Both the position numbers and the translations under genes were made by a program. The notes beneath the pieces were generated by a model. It had not been told where the DNA came from, ran no database searches, and saw only the letters and a program-made list of their open reading frames with translations. Of a DNA stretch of 64,000 nt, positions 54,903-63,789 are shown piece by piece. Source of the DNA: a virus. The stretch covers positions 1-64,000 of the IMG/VR virus record IMGVR_UViG_3300042904_000308, one strand, 5' to 3'. Position 1 is the stretch's first letter. Each line of letters starts with the position of its first letter.

Positions 54903-55555
54903 CAGACGAGCGCCCCTCCCGCGATGACCAGCTGCCTGCACACGTCTCGTACGTGATCCAGATCGCCGTCCACGTTCATCAGGCTGAAGTCCGCGTCGAG
55001 CTCATCGACATACGTCTCACTCGGGTGGCTCAGGATTTTCTCCAGCTCCTGGTCAATCAGTGTGTCGTCGTCTCCGAACTTGGCGCTCAGCATCGAGCGG
55101 ATGCTGTCCAGCCTCGAACGCTCGTCACGCACGATGCGAATGATCGTGAAGCCCATCTCCTGCAGCGCCTCGATTTCATTCGGAAAGCGGCAGTCGTCGC
55201 AGACCACCAGATGCGGCTTGCCATACAGCGAACAGCCTGTGCGGTCCATTCTGAGCTCTTCGCGAAACAGGTCGACCCATAAAGAATCTGGCCCGACGTA
55301 CTGCCGACCGAGCTCGGTGCCAACACCTTGCAGCAGCCAGCGCAAATCGTTCTTGTCTCGATCAAGCTGGGCTCGGGTCATCGACGGCTCTCGACCGATG
55401 TGCGTGAGGAACGCATTGATCATATCGACCGAGGCGTTCTTGACGGGATCGGCAAACGCCATCCGCAGAAAGTCGTGACACTCGACCAGCTCGTTCGCGA
55501 ACGTCGTCTTGCCGCTGTGCATCTTCGCGACAAACGCAATGTATTGTGTTTCCAA
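54902..55555 (-). CDS. deoxynucleoside monophosphate kinase
   Basis: SGKTT, AFADPVK, R..LQ..GTE.GR, DDCRFPNE, HPSE; TTG start after GGAG. Confidence 0.88.
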   Translation of the reverse strand: METQYIAFVAKMHSGKTTFANELVECHDFLRMAFADPVKNASVDMINAFLTHIGREPSMTRAQLDRDKNDLRWLLQGVGTELGRQYVGPDSLWVDLFREELRMDRTGCSLYGKPHLVVCDDCRFPNEIEALQEMGFTIIRIVRDERSRLDSIRSMLSAKFGDDDTLIDQELEKILSHPSETYVDELDADFSLMNVDGDLDHVRDVCRQLVIAGGALV

Positions 55556-55619
55556 CCTTATCTCCGTATCCAAACAATGAGTAGTAATCCGAAACAAATG
55601 AATGCAACCGTGATCATGG

Positions 55620-56204
55620 CTAGCGGTACTCCCAGGCGTGGTCACACACTTCCCACCAGTCGAACACCCGATGCAGACGCTCGTGCTGAGGCACCTGCTG
55701 GTTATAAGGCTTGTCGATGACATAGACCTGATCGAACAGGCCGCTCGCTGGCATCTCCGTCGTGTGGTGTGGTGCATCCTCGACGACTTTGGTGAGGCCC
55801 AGGCGTCGGGCCGCATCAATCTTGCGATTCCCTGGTTCCTTCTTGCTCGTCGTCGTCACCTGCATCGGCGGGAAATCATTGCGGTTCAGCCACGCCTCGA
55901 TCCACTCTTTCATATGTGGCAGGCGATCCGAGACAACGAACAAGTCCTGCCCGTGGTCGTAGAGCTCCCACACGGCATCCTCCGCGTTGGCAACAGGCGG
56001 CACACGCAGCGTCCAGTCACGGCTGAGGAAACATTCCTCGCCCCACACGTAATCACCGTGCTCTTTCGGCTGCGCTCTCCAGAACTCCCAGTCCTCGATC
56101 ATATGCGTGCTGTACTCGGTCCCGAAGTAGTCGTTACAGCTTCGGACAGAGGCTCCGTCGAGGTCTGCCAGAACGCTGTCAAAGTCGATGAGCCATCTCG
56201 ACAA
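55620..56204 (-). CDS. 5'(3')-deoxyribonucleotidase (HAD, NT5C-like)
   Basis: IDFDSVLAD, VSDR, K, VED, PYN. Confidence 0.8.
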   Translation of the reverse strand: MSRWLIDFDSVLADLDGASVRSCNDYFGTEYSTHMIEDWEFWRAQPKEHGDYVWGEECFLSRDWTLRVPPVANAEDAVWELYDHGQDLFVVSDRLPHMKEWIEAWLNRNDFPPMQVTTTSKKEPGNRKIDAARRLGLTKVVEDAPHHTTEMPASGLFDQVYVIDKPYNQQVPQHERLHRVFDWWEVCDHAWEYR

Positions 56205-56205
56205 A

Positions 56206-56739
56206 TCAGTTCATCCTTTCAAACGACTCCCACTCCAGCAGCGACGTCGGCAGTCGATAAAACGGCTTCGGCTTTCCGCCGTCCTGAAAGTGATCGACCT
56301 CCAGATCAGGCAGCAGCTCCGCGAGCTTGTCCATCGTCATTCTGTAGGAGATAGCTTCGTTCTTACTGTCGTACACAAATACGGTAACAGGTCTTCCGCT
56401 AGACGTTTGCCAATTACAGAGCTGTTGTACATTATCGAGTTTCAGTTTAATGATCTGGTCCCTGCCGACCCCCTTAATCTCGGTGAGGAAGTGGCGTGTG
56501 ATCTTTCCCCTTTCATCTATGAGATGATCGAACCTTTCACCCTGAGCCTCACAGAGGAAGTCGGGCGTGTAACGTAAGAACGGCGAGAGCCGCATGAAGT
56601 GGTCAAAGGGCGGACGCTGCATCCCGTACTCAACGTATGTGATGTCGTTCTGTCTGCACCAATGCTTGAATACTCCCTCGGCCATGTCGCCCATCTTCTT
56701 AAACCGCACGTTAAACGGTTTATCCTTGAATTGGGACAT
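56206..56739 (-). CDS. PD-(D/E)XK nuclease-like protein
   Basis: G..AE..F, TPDF, EIKG. Confidence 0.6.
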   Translation of the reverse strand: MSQFKDKPFNVRFKKMGDMAEGVFKHWCRQNDITYVEYGMQRPPFDHFMRLSPFLRYTPDFLCEAQGERFDHLIDERGKITRHFLTEIKGVGRDQIIKLKLDNVQQLCNWQTSSGRPVTVFVYDSKNEAISYRMTMDKLAELLPDLEVDHFQDGGKPKPFYRLPTSLLEWESFERMN

Positions 56740-56752
56740 GTCTGTAAATCAA

Positions 56753-56941
56753 CTATTTCCCTTCTGACTGACGCCGCTGCTCGAAGTACGCTTCACGAAA
56801 ACCCTCCGCGAAGCCTGCGTAGTTGACACTGATGAAGAGCGATATCAGTGTGATGATCGTGATCGTGTCGTCGCTGACAGGCCAGTCACCTGTGAACAAC
56901 CGCATGACCAGCAGACCCAGCAGTATGAGAGAGATAACCAT
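56753..56941 (-). CDS. small membrane protein
   Basis: GGAGG RBS; two TM helices. Confidence 0.55.
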   Translation of the reverse strand: MVISLILLGLLVMRLFTGDWPVSDDTITIITLISLFISVNYAGFAEGFREAYFEQRRQSEGK

Positions 56942-56971
56942 GTATGCCTCCTGAAACGAGATGTCAGCTGA

Positions 56972-57667
56972 CTAACTCTCGATAAAGTCGATGAAGTCTC
57001 CGAAGCGTGACTCGAAGCGCGGCCAGTAGCGGTTGCGTACCTGCAGCTTGCCGCACGGCTCGACGCTCACGCCGTCCATCACAGACACGTCAATCGTCGT
57101 GAACTCCTCCCCCTGTCGTACCCGCGCCTTGAAGACGGCGGGGTACCGCTTGTCGATGGGGTCTTCCTTCCCCTGCAGTCGCTTGACCTCGGCCTGCACG
57201 TCACGCAGCGGCACCTCTGCCGCCTGCTTCAGCAGCTCGGGGATCACGTCCTGATGCTCTTCGTCCCGCACCAGCGGCAGGATCGCTCGCACCTTGCTGA
57301 CGCCAGCGTTCAGCATCAGCTCGATGGCACTGTCCACCCGCTCGGCATCGGGCGCGAGCATTGGCAGAACCTCGCGGCGAATCCGCAACAGGTCTTGCAC
57401 AACGCGCCAGCCAAGCTCGATGTGTGGCCCCATCGCCCAGGTCCGCAGATCGGGGCAGCTTCTGGCGAGGTAGTACTGGTTCTCGTCAAACTGGTGCAGC
57501 ATGTTGGCAAGCCTGAAAAAATTGAGCTCGATACTTCGCTTGGTGTCGACGATTTCCGACTCGGCTTCCTCCGCCGCCTGGACCTCCGCCTGTGTAATAT
57601 CTCCGTAGACATCGGCGTATCGGACGAGCTCACCAGAGCCGTCCACTATCCATTGATCCTTAGCCAC
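56972..57667 (-). CDS. hypothetical helical DNA-binding-like protein
   Basis: 231 aa; F..L…L…Y…W…G.SK pattern reminiscent of DUF3102-like proteins. Confidence 0.5.
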   Translation of the reverse strand: MAKDQWIVDGSGELVRYADVYGDITQAEVQAAEEAESEIVDTKRSIELNFFRLANMLHQFDENQYYLARSCPDLRTWAMGPHIELGWRVVQDLLRIRREVLPMLAPDAERVDSAIELMLNAGVSKVRAILPLVRDEEHQDVIPELLKQAAEVPLRDVQAEVKRLQGKEDPIDKRYPAVFKARVRQGEEFTTIDVSVMDGVSVEPCGKLQVRNRYWPRFESRFGDFIDFIES

Positions 57668-57869
57668 TTATCAGTTTCACTCCAGCCTCAGCAAACGCAT
57701 CAAGGACCGCGTCCGCTTCAATTAGCAGGTGCTCGTGAGGAAGGGAGTGCTCTGGCATCTCCTCCCACGGCACCCAGTCTTCACCATCATTCACGGTGCT
57801 CCAGATCGCCTCGGCAACCAGCCGCCGAAACTGCTCAGGATGTCCCTGCTGCACCACCGTCACGACCAC
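57660..57869 (-). CDS. hypothetical protein
   Basis: Operon packing. Confidence 0.45.
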   Translation of the reverse strand: MVVTVVQQGHPEQFRRLVAEAIWSTVNDGEDWVPWEEMPEHSLPHEHLLIEADAVLDAFAEAGVKLISG

Positions 57870-58066
57870 ATCTTCCAGAACTCAAGCAGGACGATGATCA
57901 GCGGGATGTTCCACACCACGCCGCGCACAATCTCCGCTTCCGATTTCTCCACCGTCTCCCGCCTCATCCTCAGGGCGAGCTCAGGCGCAAACAAATTGAT
58001 CGTAATCATGACCGTCACCGCAAACGCGACGATCAGGAATGATCCAAATACAATCCAGTCCCACAT
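57860..58066 (-). CDS. small membrane protein
   Basis: Hydrophobic helices. Confidence 0.5.
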   Translation of the reverse strand: MWDWIVFGSFLIVAFAVTVMITINLFAPELALRMRRETVEKSEAEIVRGVVWNIPLIIVLLEFWKMWS

Positions 58067-58294
58067 TTAATTCATTCTTCCTTTACCAAGACACTCGACA
58101 GATTTTGTCGTCTGACCTGTTGACTGATCCATCGTGGTACTGATCCGATACCGCGTAGGGCGGTTTGCCCACCTGTGTGCCGCGCCCCAGCCCTTCAGAA
58201 ACAACTGCAGCAGGACGTTAACAACGACGGCAACAATCAACCCCAGCGCTAGCCAGCCAACAATCCAGAGCGCGACTAACGACTCAGATTCCAT
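58067..58294 (-). CDS. small membrane protein
   Basis: N-terminal TM helix. Confidence 0.5.
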   Translation of the reverse strand: MESESLVALWIVGWLALGLIVAVVVNVLLQLFLKGWGAAHRWANRPTRYRISTTMDQSTGQTTKSVECLGKGRMN

Positions 58295-58316
58295 TGCGTT
58301 GTTCCACTCTTCCTTA

Positions 58317-58652
58317 TCACTCTACTCCTACAAGCTCATAGACAGGCTCAAGTGTCGGCACGCGCTCGCACTCTTTCTGTCGGTAGATCGTCTTTCCAAT
58401 CATCTTGGTATCCCAATGACAGCGGTACTCATTCTCGTAGAAGTAGCTCTCGCCTCCTCCGCCGCCGAGCAGAGAAGCAGCCAGCAAGATGACGACCGTA
58501 ATACCGACGATATGCGCAAAGATAACACCGATCATAGCCAACATCGGCACAAACGAGTAGTATCCGAACTCATTTTCAAGTGTGTTATTGTGGTTTCCCC
58601 ACCAGTCAAAGTACCGCTGCACTGGGCGAAGAGCTCTGACTACATACGTCAC
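58317..58652 (-). CDS. membrane protein
   Basis: Central TM helix; Cys pair in the C-terminal part. Confidence 0.5.
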   Translation of the reverse strand: MTYVVRALRPVQRYFDWWGNHNNTLENEFGYYSFVPMLAMIGVIFAHIVGITVVILLAASLLGGGGGESYFYENEYRCHWDTKMIGKTIYRQKECERVPTLEPVYELVGVE

Positions 58653-58656
58653 ACAA

Positions 58657-59613
58657 CTAATCCTTTCTTCCTTTTTGTACGCGCTCCGTGAGCGATCCCT
58701 TCACTGGGTGTGGCTCAACGGGCTCGGGTTTCGGTTGTGACCATGTCGTCTTCGCGGGGTAGAACGTCACAGGCGTGCTGCCCGTCGGACCCTCGCGGTT
58801 CTTGGCGATGATAATCCGAGCGTCCCGCTCCTCTTCCAGTGGCGGTGAACCGTTCATCTGCTCGTAGTAGTACGGTCGGAACGGGAACCAGACATTCTCC
58901 GCGTCCTGCTCGACCGCGCCCGAGTCACGGATGTCCGACATGTTCGGTATCTTGTTCTCGCGACCCTCAACACTACGATTCAGCTGTACCAGTGCGATGA
59001 TCGGAATGTTGAGATAATCAGGCCGAGCCAGCGCACGCAGGTTGCTGCTGATACGGGCTACTCTTTCGTTCTCGTTCACCTTGGCGGCATCCCTCAGCAG
59101 GGAGAGGTAGTCCACGACGACCAGCCCGAGGGGAGGCCCAGGGGCGGCGGCTGCGCGTTCTGCCCACTTCTCCGCGTCGTCGGCCAGCCCCTCAGATGTG
59201 AAGGTGGTGTCGGCCATTGCGATGGGGTACTGGCGCAGCTCTTCCGCAGCCTGCTTGACCCTGCGAAACTCCTCAGGGCTGAGCATGCCGCGCACGATCT
59301 TGCCGCCTGGGATCATCGTCATGCTGGAGAGCATGCGGTTGACCATCCGCTCGGCGGTCATCTCCAGCGAGTAGAAGAGCACGCGGTTATTGGCCTTCGC
59401 CACGTTCTGCGCGATGTTCAGGGCGAGGGATGTCTTCCCTACCCCTGGACGCGCTCCGATAATTGTCAGTGTGTCGGGCTGGAGCCCTCCCGTCAGCTCG
59501 TCGACGCGATGAAAGCCAGTGGGGATGCCGATTGTCTCGACACCCCCACGTTTCTGCCGCTCTCCGACGATCCCGAGGTAGCTCTTCGCCACGTCCGCGA
59601 TCAGACGTGCCAT
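58657..59613 (-). CDS. dnaB: DnaB-like replicative helicase (C-terminal RecA-like domain only)
   Basis: GIPTGF..VD, GARPGVGKT, SLEM, VVDYL, QLNR, DIRDSGAVEQDA, IAKNREG. Confidence 0.93.
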   Translation of the reverse strand: MARLIADVAKSYLGIVGERQKRGGVETIGIPTGFHRVDELTGGLQPDTLTIIGARPGVGKTSLALNIAQNVAKANNRVLFYSLEMTAERMVNRMLSSMTMIPGGKIVRGMLSPEEFRRVKQAAEELRQYPIAMADTTFTSEGLADDAEKWAERAAAAPGPPLGLVVVDYLSLLRDAAKVNENERVARISSNLRALARPDYLNIPIIALVQLNRSVEGRENKIPNMSDIRDSGAVEQDAENVWFPFRPYYYEQMNGSPPLEEERDARIIIAKNREGPTGSTPVTFYPAKTTWSQPKPEPVEPHPVKGSLTERVQKGRKD

Positions 59614-59619
59614 ATATCC

Positions 59620-60024
59620 TCATTCCCAGTTAATATGCAGCACATAGTGGTCTTTCAGTTCAAACGTTCCCTTCCACCATTGATTGACAACCGTGACTTC
59701 ACCGCTCAACAGGCGAGCCATTTCCTCGACGGTGTCAAGCTCGATAGCGGGGAGCGTCTGGATCAGTGTCCTTGTGTAGTAGGTGCGCCCATCGTAGTAG
59801 CGACCGTCGTTCGCGTCGGTGCCCCGCTGATGGATTTGATGGTCCTGACCTTCAGACTTCCAGTCCTCGATCCACTCATCCCGTTGCTGCTGCTCGAAGA
59901 TCGTGAGCCCTCGCCGTGTCTCAAGGTAGTCCCAGCTTGTGTACCCTTCCTCGCACCCTTCGAACTCATGCTCGAACATCCCTGGGATGGGATCGGTGTC
60001 GATCAGATTGACGGCGAAAATCAT
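59620..60024 (-). CDS. hypothetical protein
   Basis: ATGA overlap. Confidence 0.5.
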   Translation of the reverse strand: MIFAVNLIDTDPIPGMFEHEFEGCEEGYTSWDYLETRRGLTIFEQQQRDEWIEDWKSEGQDHQIHQRGTDANDGRYYDGRTYYTRTLIQTLPAIELDTVEEMARLLSGEVTVVNQWWKGTFELKDHYVLHINWE

Positions 60025-60344
60025 GACATCCTCCCCGCCACCTGAGCCTCAACCCGCGCTCTCTGAGCCTTGGCAGCGCGTCGGTTGGAGTAGATCGCTG
60101 CACCGATGCAGAACGCGGTGGCAAGGAGCCAGAGCAGAATTCCTGAGACGACAACCTGATCCATTGTCGTCCCTGGTATCCCCGTCTCTCTCCACGACCA
60201 GAGCTCGACGATGAGGGCATACAATCCGAAGCTGACCGCGATACCAACGAGGATAATGAAACCCACGCCGAAGAACACAAACAACGCACGGTCGCTCCAA
60301 CGGACTGCGCGACGATCCCACACGTCTTCTTCCATCATGGTCAC
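60021..60344 (-). CDS. membrane protein
   Basis: Two TM helices. Confidence 0.55.
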   Translation of the reverse strand: MTMMEEDVWDRRAVRWSDRALFVFFGVGFIILVGIAVSFGLYALIVELWSWRETGIPGTTMDQVVVSGILLWLLATAFCIGAAIYSNRRAAKAQRARVEAQVAGRMS

Positions 60345-60586
60345 TTCCCTCCGTCGATCCAGCGAGTCACGACGTTGTCACCACTAACGAGCCACACAAT
60401 GCCACCGCAGACGTACCCCGTCGTCACCACAACGCCCGTGAACCCGACCAGCGCGATCAGGCCTGACGACAGGCCGTCCTCCAGCCCGATAGCAATGCTC
60501 AGGGCGGGTACGGCAATCAGCCAGGCCAGCACGCACGCCACCGCAATCATTCGACCTAACTCCGACCTCGGCCAGCTCATTCCCAC
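60341..60586 (-). CDS. membrane protein
   Basis: Two TM helices. Confidence 0.55.
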   Translation of the reverse strand: MGMSWPRSELGRMIAVACVLAWLIAVPALSIAIGLEDGLSSGLIALVGFTGVVVTTGYVCGGIVWLVSGDNVVTRWIDGGK

Positions 60587-61278
60587 ACCCCCTCTGGAAT
60601 CTCGAAGTAGTTCGTTTCAGGTGGAGCCTGATAGCTCACGGTCTTCTTGCTCCCTTCCCGCTGGCCCGTGACCCCGTTCAGGAATCCATACACGGCTCTC
60701 AGCGGGTCTTTCGCTTTGCGTTTCTTTCTCAGCTCCCTCAGGACCGTCTTCGGCCCGAAGCGGTCGAACTGCTGGCCGAGGTAGAACGTTTCTTTGGGGC
60801 TCAGGCCTCGGCCCAGGATGTACTCGACCTCTCGCACAGCCTTGCCGATTTCTGGCGGCAGCTCTTCCGCGAGGCCGCTCTCATCGCCCGACTCCAGCTG
60901 CGCGATGCGGTTGTGGAGCCGCGTGATCGTCTTCTCCAGGTCCGTGATCCGCCCCTGCTCGTCCTCCTCTTCAGCGAACGAGAGCTTCTTGTCGCTCCCC
61001 GCGACGAACTTGGGGATCACGATGCTCGTACCAGAACGCTCGATGTAGGGGTCAATCGTCCCGCCTGCGCAGGCAGGGGATTCGAGCCACTGCAGCGCGG
61101 CCCGAACCGTCGTCCGCGAGTGACCAGTGAGCCGAGCAAGCTCACTGACCGTCACATCGAGATGCCCCTGCAGGTCCGACCGCAGGAGCAGTGCCATGAA
61201 CACCTTGAGCTGGGCCTCCGTCATCACCGACAGGTGATCGATCAGCCCAACCCGTACCATTGAGAACTGTGAGGGCAT
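60577..61278 (-). CDS. winged-HTH replication initiator-like protein
   Basis: LKVF.ALL…T.SELA..TG.SR.TV..AL..L; coiled coil; DnaD-like C-terminus; upstream of the helicase. Confidence 0.65.
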   Translation of the reverse strand: MPSQFSMVRVGLIDHLSVMTEAQLKVFMALLLRSDLQGHLDVTVSELARLTGHSRTTVRAALQWLESPACAGGTIDPYIERSGTSIVIPKFVAGSDKKLSFAEEEDEQGRITDLEKTITRLHNRIAQLESGDESGLAEELPPEIGKAVREVEYILGRGLSPKETFYLGQQFDRFGPKTVLRELRKKRKAKDPLRAVYGFLNGVTGQREGSKKTVSYQAPPETNYFEIPEGVWE

Positions 61279-61280
61279 AA

Positions 61281-61547
61281 CTACTCCCGAGACTCAAAGG
61301 GTCCGTTGTCGTTGAACACCGACGAGCGCCGATTGAATACGGGAAACGGCGGCTTCGGTGGCGTGTTACCTGCGATCTGGCGGACCTTCGCGACCAGCGC
61401 GGCCACGTCATCAAAGCGTCCCAGCGTCACGTAGAATGGGTCACTGCCTTGCCCGACCTGGATGACAAGCTCCTCACCCTGTAGCGTCACCTTAACCTGA
61501 TCAGGCATATCCTCTCGCAGTGTCAGGTCAATTCGATCAAGATTCAT
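61281..61547 (-). CDS. hypothetical protein
   Basis: ATGA overlap; GGAGG RBS. Confidence 0.5.
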   Translation of the reverse strand: MNLDRIDLTLREDMPDQVKVTLQGEELVIQVGQGSDPFYVTLGRFDDVAALVAKVRQIAGNTPPKPPFPVFNRRSSVFNDNGPFESRE

Positions 61548-61753
61548 GCCAGTATCAACGCCTCCCCCACTCTCTTCACAACGTGACTCGCGTACTGCTT
61601 CGCCATCGCAGGCGTTGCAGGGTCGATGTAGTATTCACACCCTGCCCAGTTCGCCTTGTTCCTCGCCCACTCCGTGACATCCTCATGCTCACCTGTCAAC
61701 AGGAACTCACCGTAGCCAATGATGTACACGTAATACGTCTTCGGCGTGTGCAT
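61544..61753 (-). CDS. hypothetical protein
   Basis: TGATG coupling. Confidence 0.5.
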   Translation of the reverse strand: MHTPKTYYVYIIGYGEFLLTGEHEDVTEWARNKANWAGCEYYIDPATPAMAKQYASHVVKRVGEALILA

Positions 61754-62310
61754 CAGAACGGCACAGGCTCCTTGCTCTTTGCCGCAGCCGCTGACTTCGA
61801 GGTCGCCGCCCGTCGCTCGTTGGCGATGACGACCTCCTCGTAGGACGCATAGCTCTCGACGTCACCGAACCCAGCCGCGCCGAGGGCACGACCGATGGCG
61901 CTCGTCTCGCAGTCCTCGCGAGGGCTGGTGTTCTTCGCCGCCTTGCCCGACGACTCCCGCAGGTTCTGGCTCTGGCCGTAGTAGGTACCGTAGAGCCCCT
62001 TGCCCAGCTCCGCGATGATGGACGGCTTCACCGAGTCGGGGATGTCCGCACTGATCGACGCATCGTTGATCGCTCGAAACACCCGCTCATTGAGCACCGT
62101 CACCCGCGCCTGGATGATGATGTACTTCTCATCGTCGGGATCGAGCTCCTTCGTCTCCACGCCGACCAGCTGTCCAATGCCGTGCGCGAGGTAGAGCCGA
62201 CCGTTGACCGTGATGTAATCGTTTCCGCTCAGGACTTTGATGTAGCCCTTCGATTTCAAGTCCTTCTTATCAATGTTGTGTGCTGGCAACTCTTCCTCCT
62301 GTCGTGCCAC
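61753..62310 (-). CDS. single-strand annealing protein (Rad52/Sak-like)
   Basis: G..Y..V..R, E.CETSAIGRAL…G.G, AS.EEV; tail ending VPF. Confidence 0.65.
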   Translation of the reverse strand: MARQEEELPAHNIDKKDLKSKGYIKVLSGNDYITVNGRLYLAHGIGQLVGVETKELDPDDEKYIIIQARVTVLNERVFRAINDASISADIPDSVKPSIIAELGKGLYGTYYGQSQNLRESSGKAAKNTSPREDCETSAIGRALGAAGFGDVESYASYEEVVIANERRAATSKSAAAAKSKEPVPF

Positions 62311-62514
62311 TAATCCAGTGTTATCTTAAGCTAAATGTCTAGGGGCTCCGCCCCCTCGTTTTCAGATACCGTACGTTAGGCCGCTCGGTAAAGTGTGAGG
62401 CCCAGGCTTGAGAAGGGTGCTGTGTTCCTGTGTGCCTTCATCAATGCGCTCTGTACCATGTTTCCGATCAGTTGCCGTATGTTCTACCCCCGCCTTCCTG
62501 ACAATAAATACAGT

Positions 62515-62552
62515 CCTCCACTATTAATATCGTCACAGGCCGCTCGAAACTT
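62515..62552 (-). promoter_or_regulatory. conserved phage element, copy 4
   Basis: AAGTTTCGAGCGGCCTGTGACGATATTAATAGTGGAGG. Confidence 0.75.
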
Positions 62553-62685
62553 TCACTTTCCGCAGGCAATCCTGAAAATTGGTCCGATCTGCTGGTGTGC
62601 GTTTTGTTAAAGTCCGTCGGTGGGCCTCCCTGCTTGGGTCAGATCGCGTCAGCGGGAGGGGCAATCTGCTCACGGCGCGTGACCA

Positions 62686-62721
62686 GAAAAAGAAAAACGC
62701 CCCGACGTCGTTGTCGAGGCG
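62686..62721 (-). terminator. intrinsic terminator
   Basis: CGCCTCGAC-aacgac-GTCGGGGCG followed by TTTTTCTTTTT. Confidence 0.8.
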
Positions 62722-62777
62722 AATTTCACCAATTGATTCCGTTGCGCGGTGTATTTCTGCTATCGTCGCAGCAATTA

Positions 62778-63125
62778 TTAAATGGCCGCGAAGAACGGGG
62801 TGATCTGTGGCGTTTCCCGATGCTCAATCAGCGGGAGCGGGGGCATGACCTGCATGCCATGTAGCCGCACGGTGAACCGATCACAGTCGTGGACCTCCAC
62901 CACACTCATGACCACGACCTCGTTGAGCTCGTTGAATCGCTTGAATGCCTCATAGACTTTCAACGACAGCTCGCCTGTGCTGTCCTTGCCCGTAACTTCG
63001 ATGACCTGGGTATCCTCCAGCTCCATCAAGTAGGGGTAATGCAGCTCGCCTTTTAATATCGCCGTCCTCTTGGGGTTGCGAATCAAACGGGTAAGGGATT
63101 GTTCGATTGTTTCGCAGGTATGCAC
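62778..63125 (-). CDS. hypothetical protein
   Basis: 115 aa; ends before the terminator. Confidence 0.5.
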   Translation of the reverse strand: MHTCETIEQSLTRLIRNPKRTAILKGELHYPYLMELEDTQVIEVTGKDSTGELSLKVYEAFKRFNELNEVVVMSVVEVHDCDRFTVRLHGMQVMPPLPLIEHRETPQITPFFAAI

Positions 63126-63165
63126 TGGTTGTTTACCTTTTCACAGCCAAAAGCGGATAAGATGG

Positions 63166-63789
63166 TTAGAGTTTTCGAGGATCGAGTTGAAATGCGCTAC
63201 CTTCCTTCTTCAGTCGGCGCTTGAGCCTGTGCGCTTGCAGGTGCAGCGACTTGGTATCTTCTCCTGATACCTTGCGCCGTTGCCACTCCGTCATCAGACA
63301 GATCGCCTTGCGCTCTGTCTTGCTCGCACTGTCCCAAATCTCCTGAAGACGCTCCGATGGCGTGCATTCAATCGCCTCGATTTCATCGTCGTGGGCGTCG
63401 TCGTGAATCTCCTGGGTGCGGTACTCGAAGATGCCGCAGTCCGAGACTCCCGACTTGCACATTGGCATCGCTACATACGCCAGCCGCGTCGTACGCTCCG
63501 CCTTGCCCGACGATTTGCTTCTCCCTTGCACCTGTCGAATCTTGTCGACCTGTGCATTCCTCAGGTGCCACTGCGCGACCTCGACGTTGCTGTTCACGGT
63601 CTGAATGACGTTGGAGTCATCCACCTGAACCGTCGAGCGCGTGCCGTGGGCCTTCAGGAAGCGATACATCGCGTCCTGACGCACATCACGATCCCGCAAC
63701 GATGCGGAATCAACCTCCTCGATAGGCGCTCCCTCCGCGTGATAGACAAGAAACTCTCCCAGGGTGACACTCGACCAACCGTCTGACAC
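63166..63789 (-). CDS. hypothetical protein, possibly sigma/HTH-like C-terminus
   Basis: GGAG RBS; GTG start; S.TERKAI…RLKRRL. Confidence 0.45.
   Translation of the reverse strand: MSDGWSSVTLGEFLVYHAEGAPIEEVDSASLRDRDVRQDAMYRFLKAHGTRSTVQVDDSNVIQTVNSNVEVAQWHLRNAQVDKIRQVQGRSKSSGKAERTTRLAYVAMPMCKSGVSDCGIFEYRTQEIHDDAHDDEIEAIECTPSERLQEIWDSASKTERKAICLMTEWQRRKVSGEDTKSLHLQAHRLKRRLKKEGSAFQLDPRKL

Noticed and set aside
62335-62400. ACGTACGGT…GAGGGGG…CCCCT resembling group II intron domain V/VI; nearby ORF ending RAA resembling a tmRNA tag
   Set aside because: The 5' arm of domain V, a reverse transcriptase and tRNA-like ends are all missing.
147-63786. Many long antisense or alternate-frame ORFs in the track (e.g. 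9392..11011, 19773..21152, 40462..42066)
   Set aside because: Shadow ORFs of GC-rich genes, lacking RBSs or recognisable motifs.
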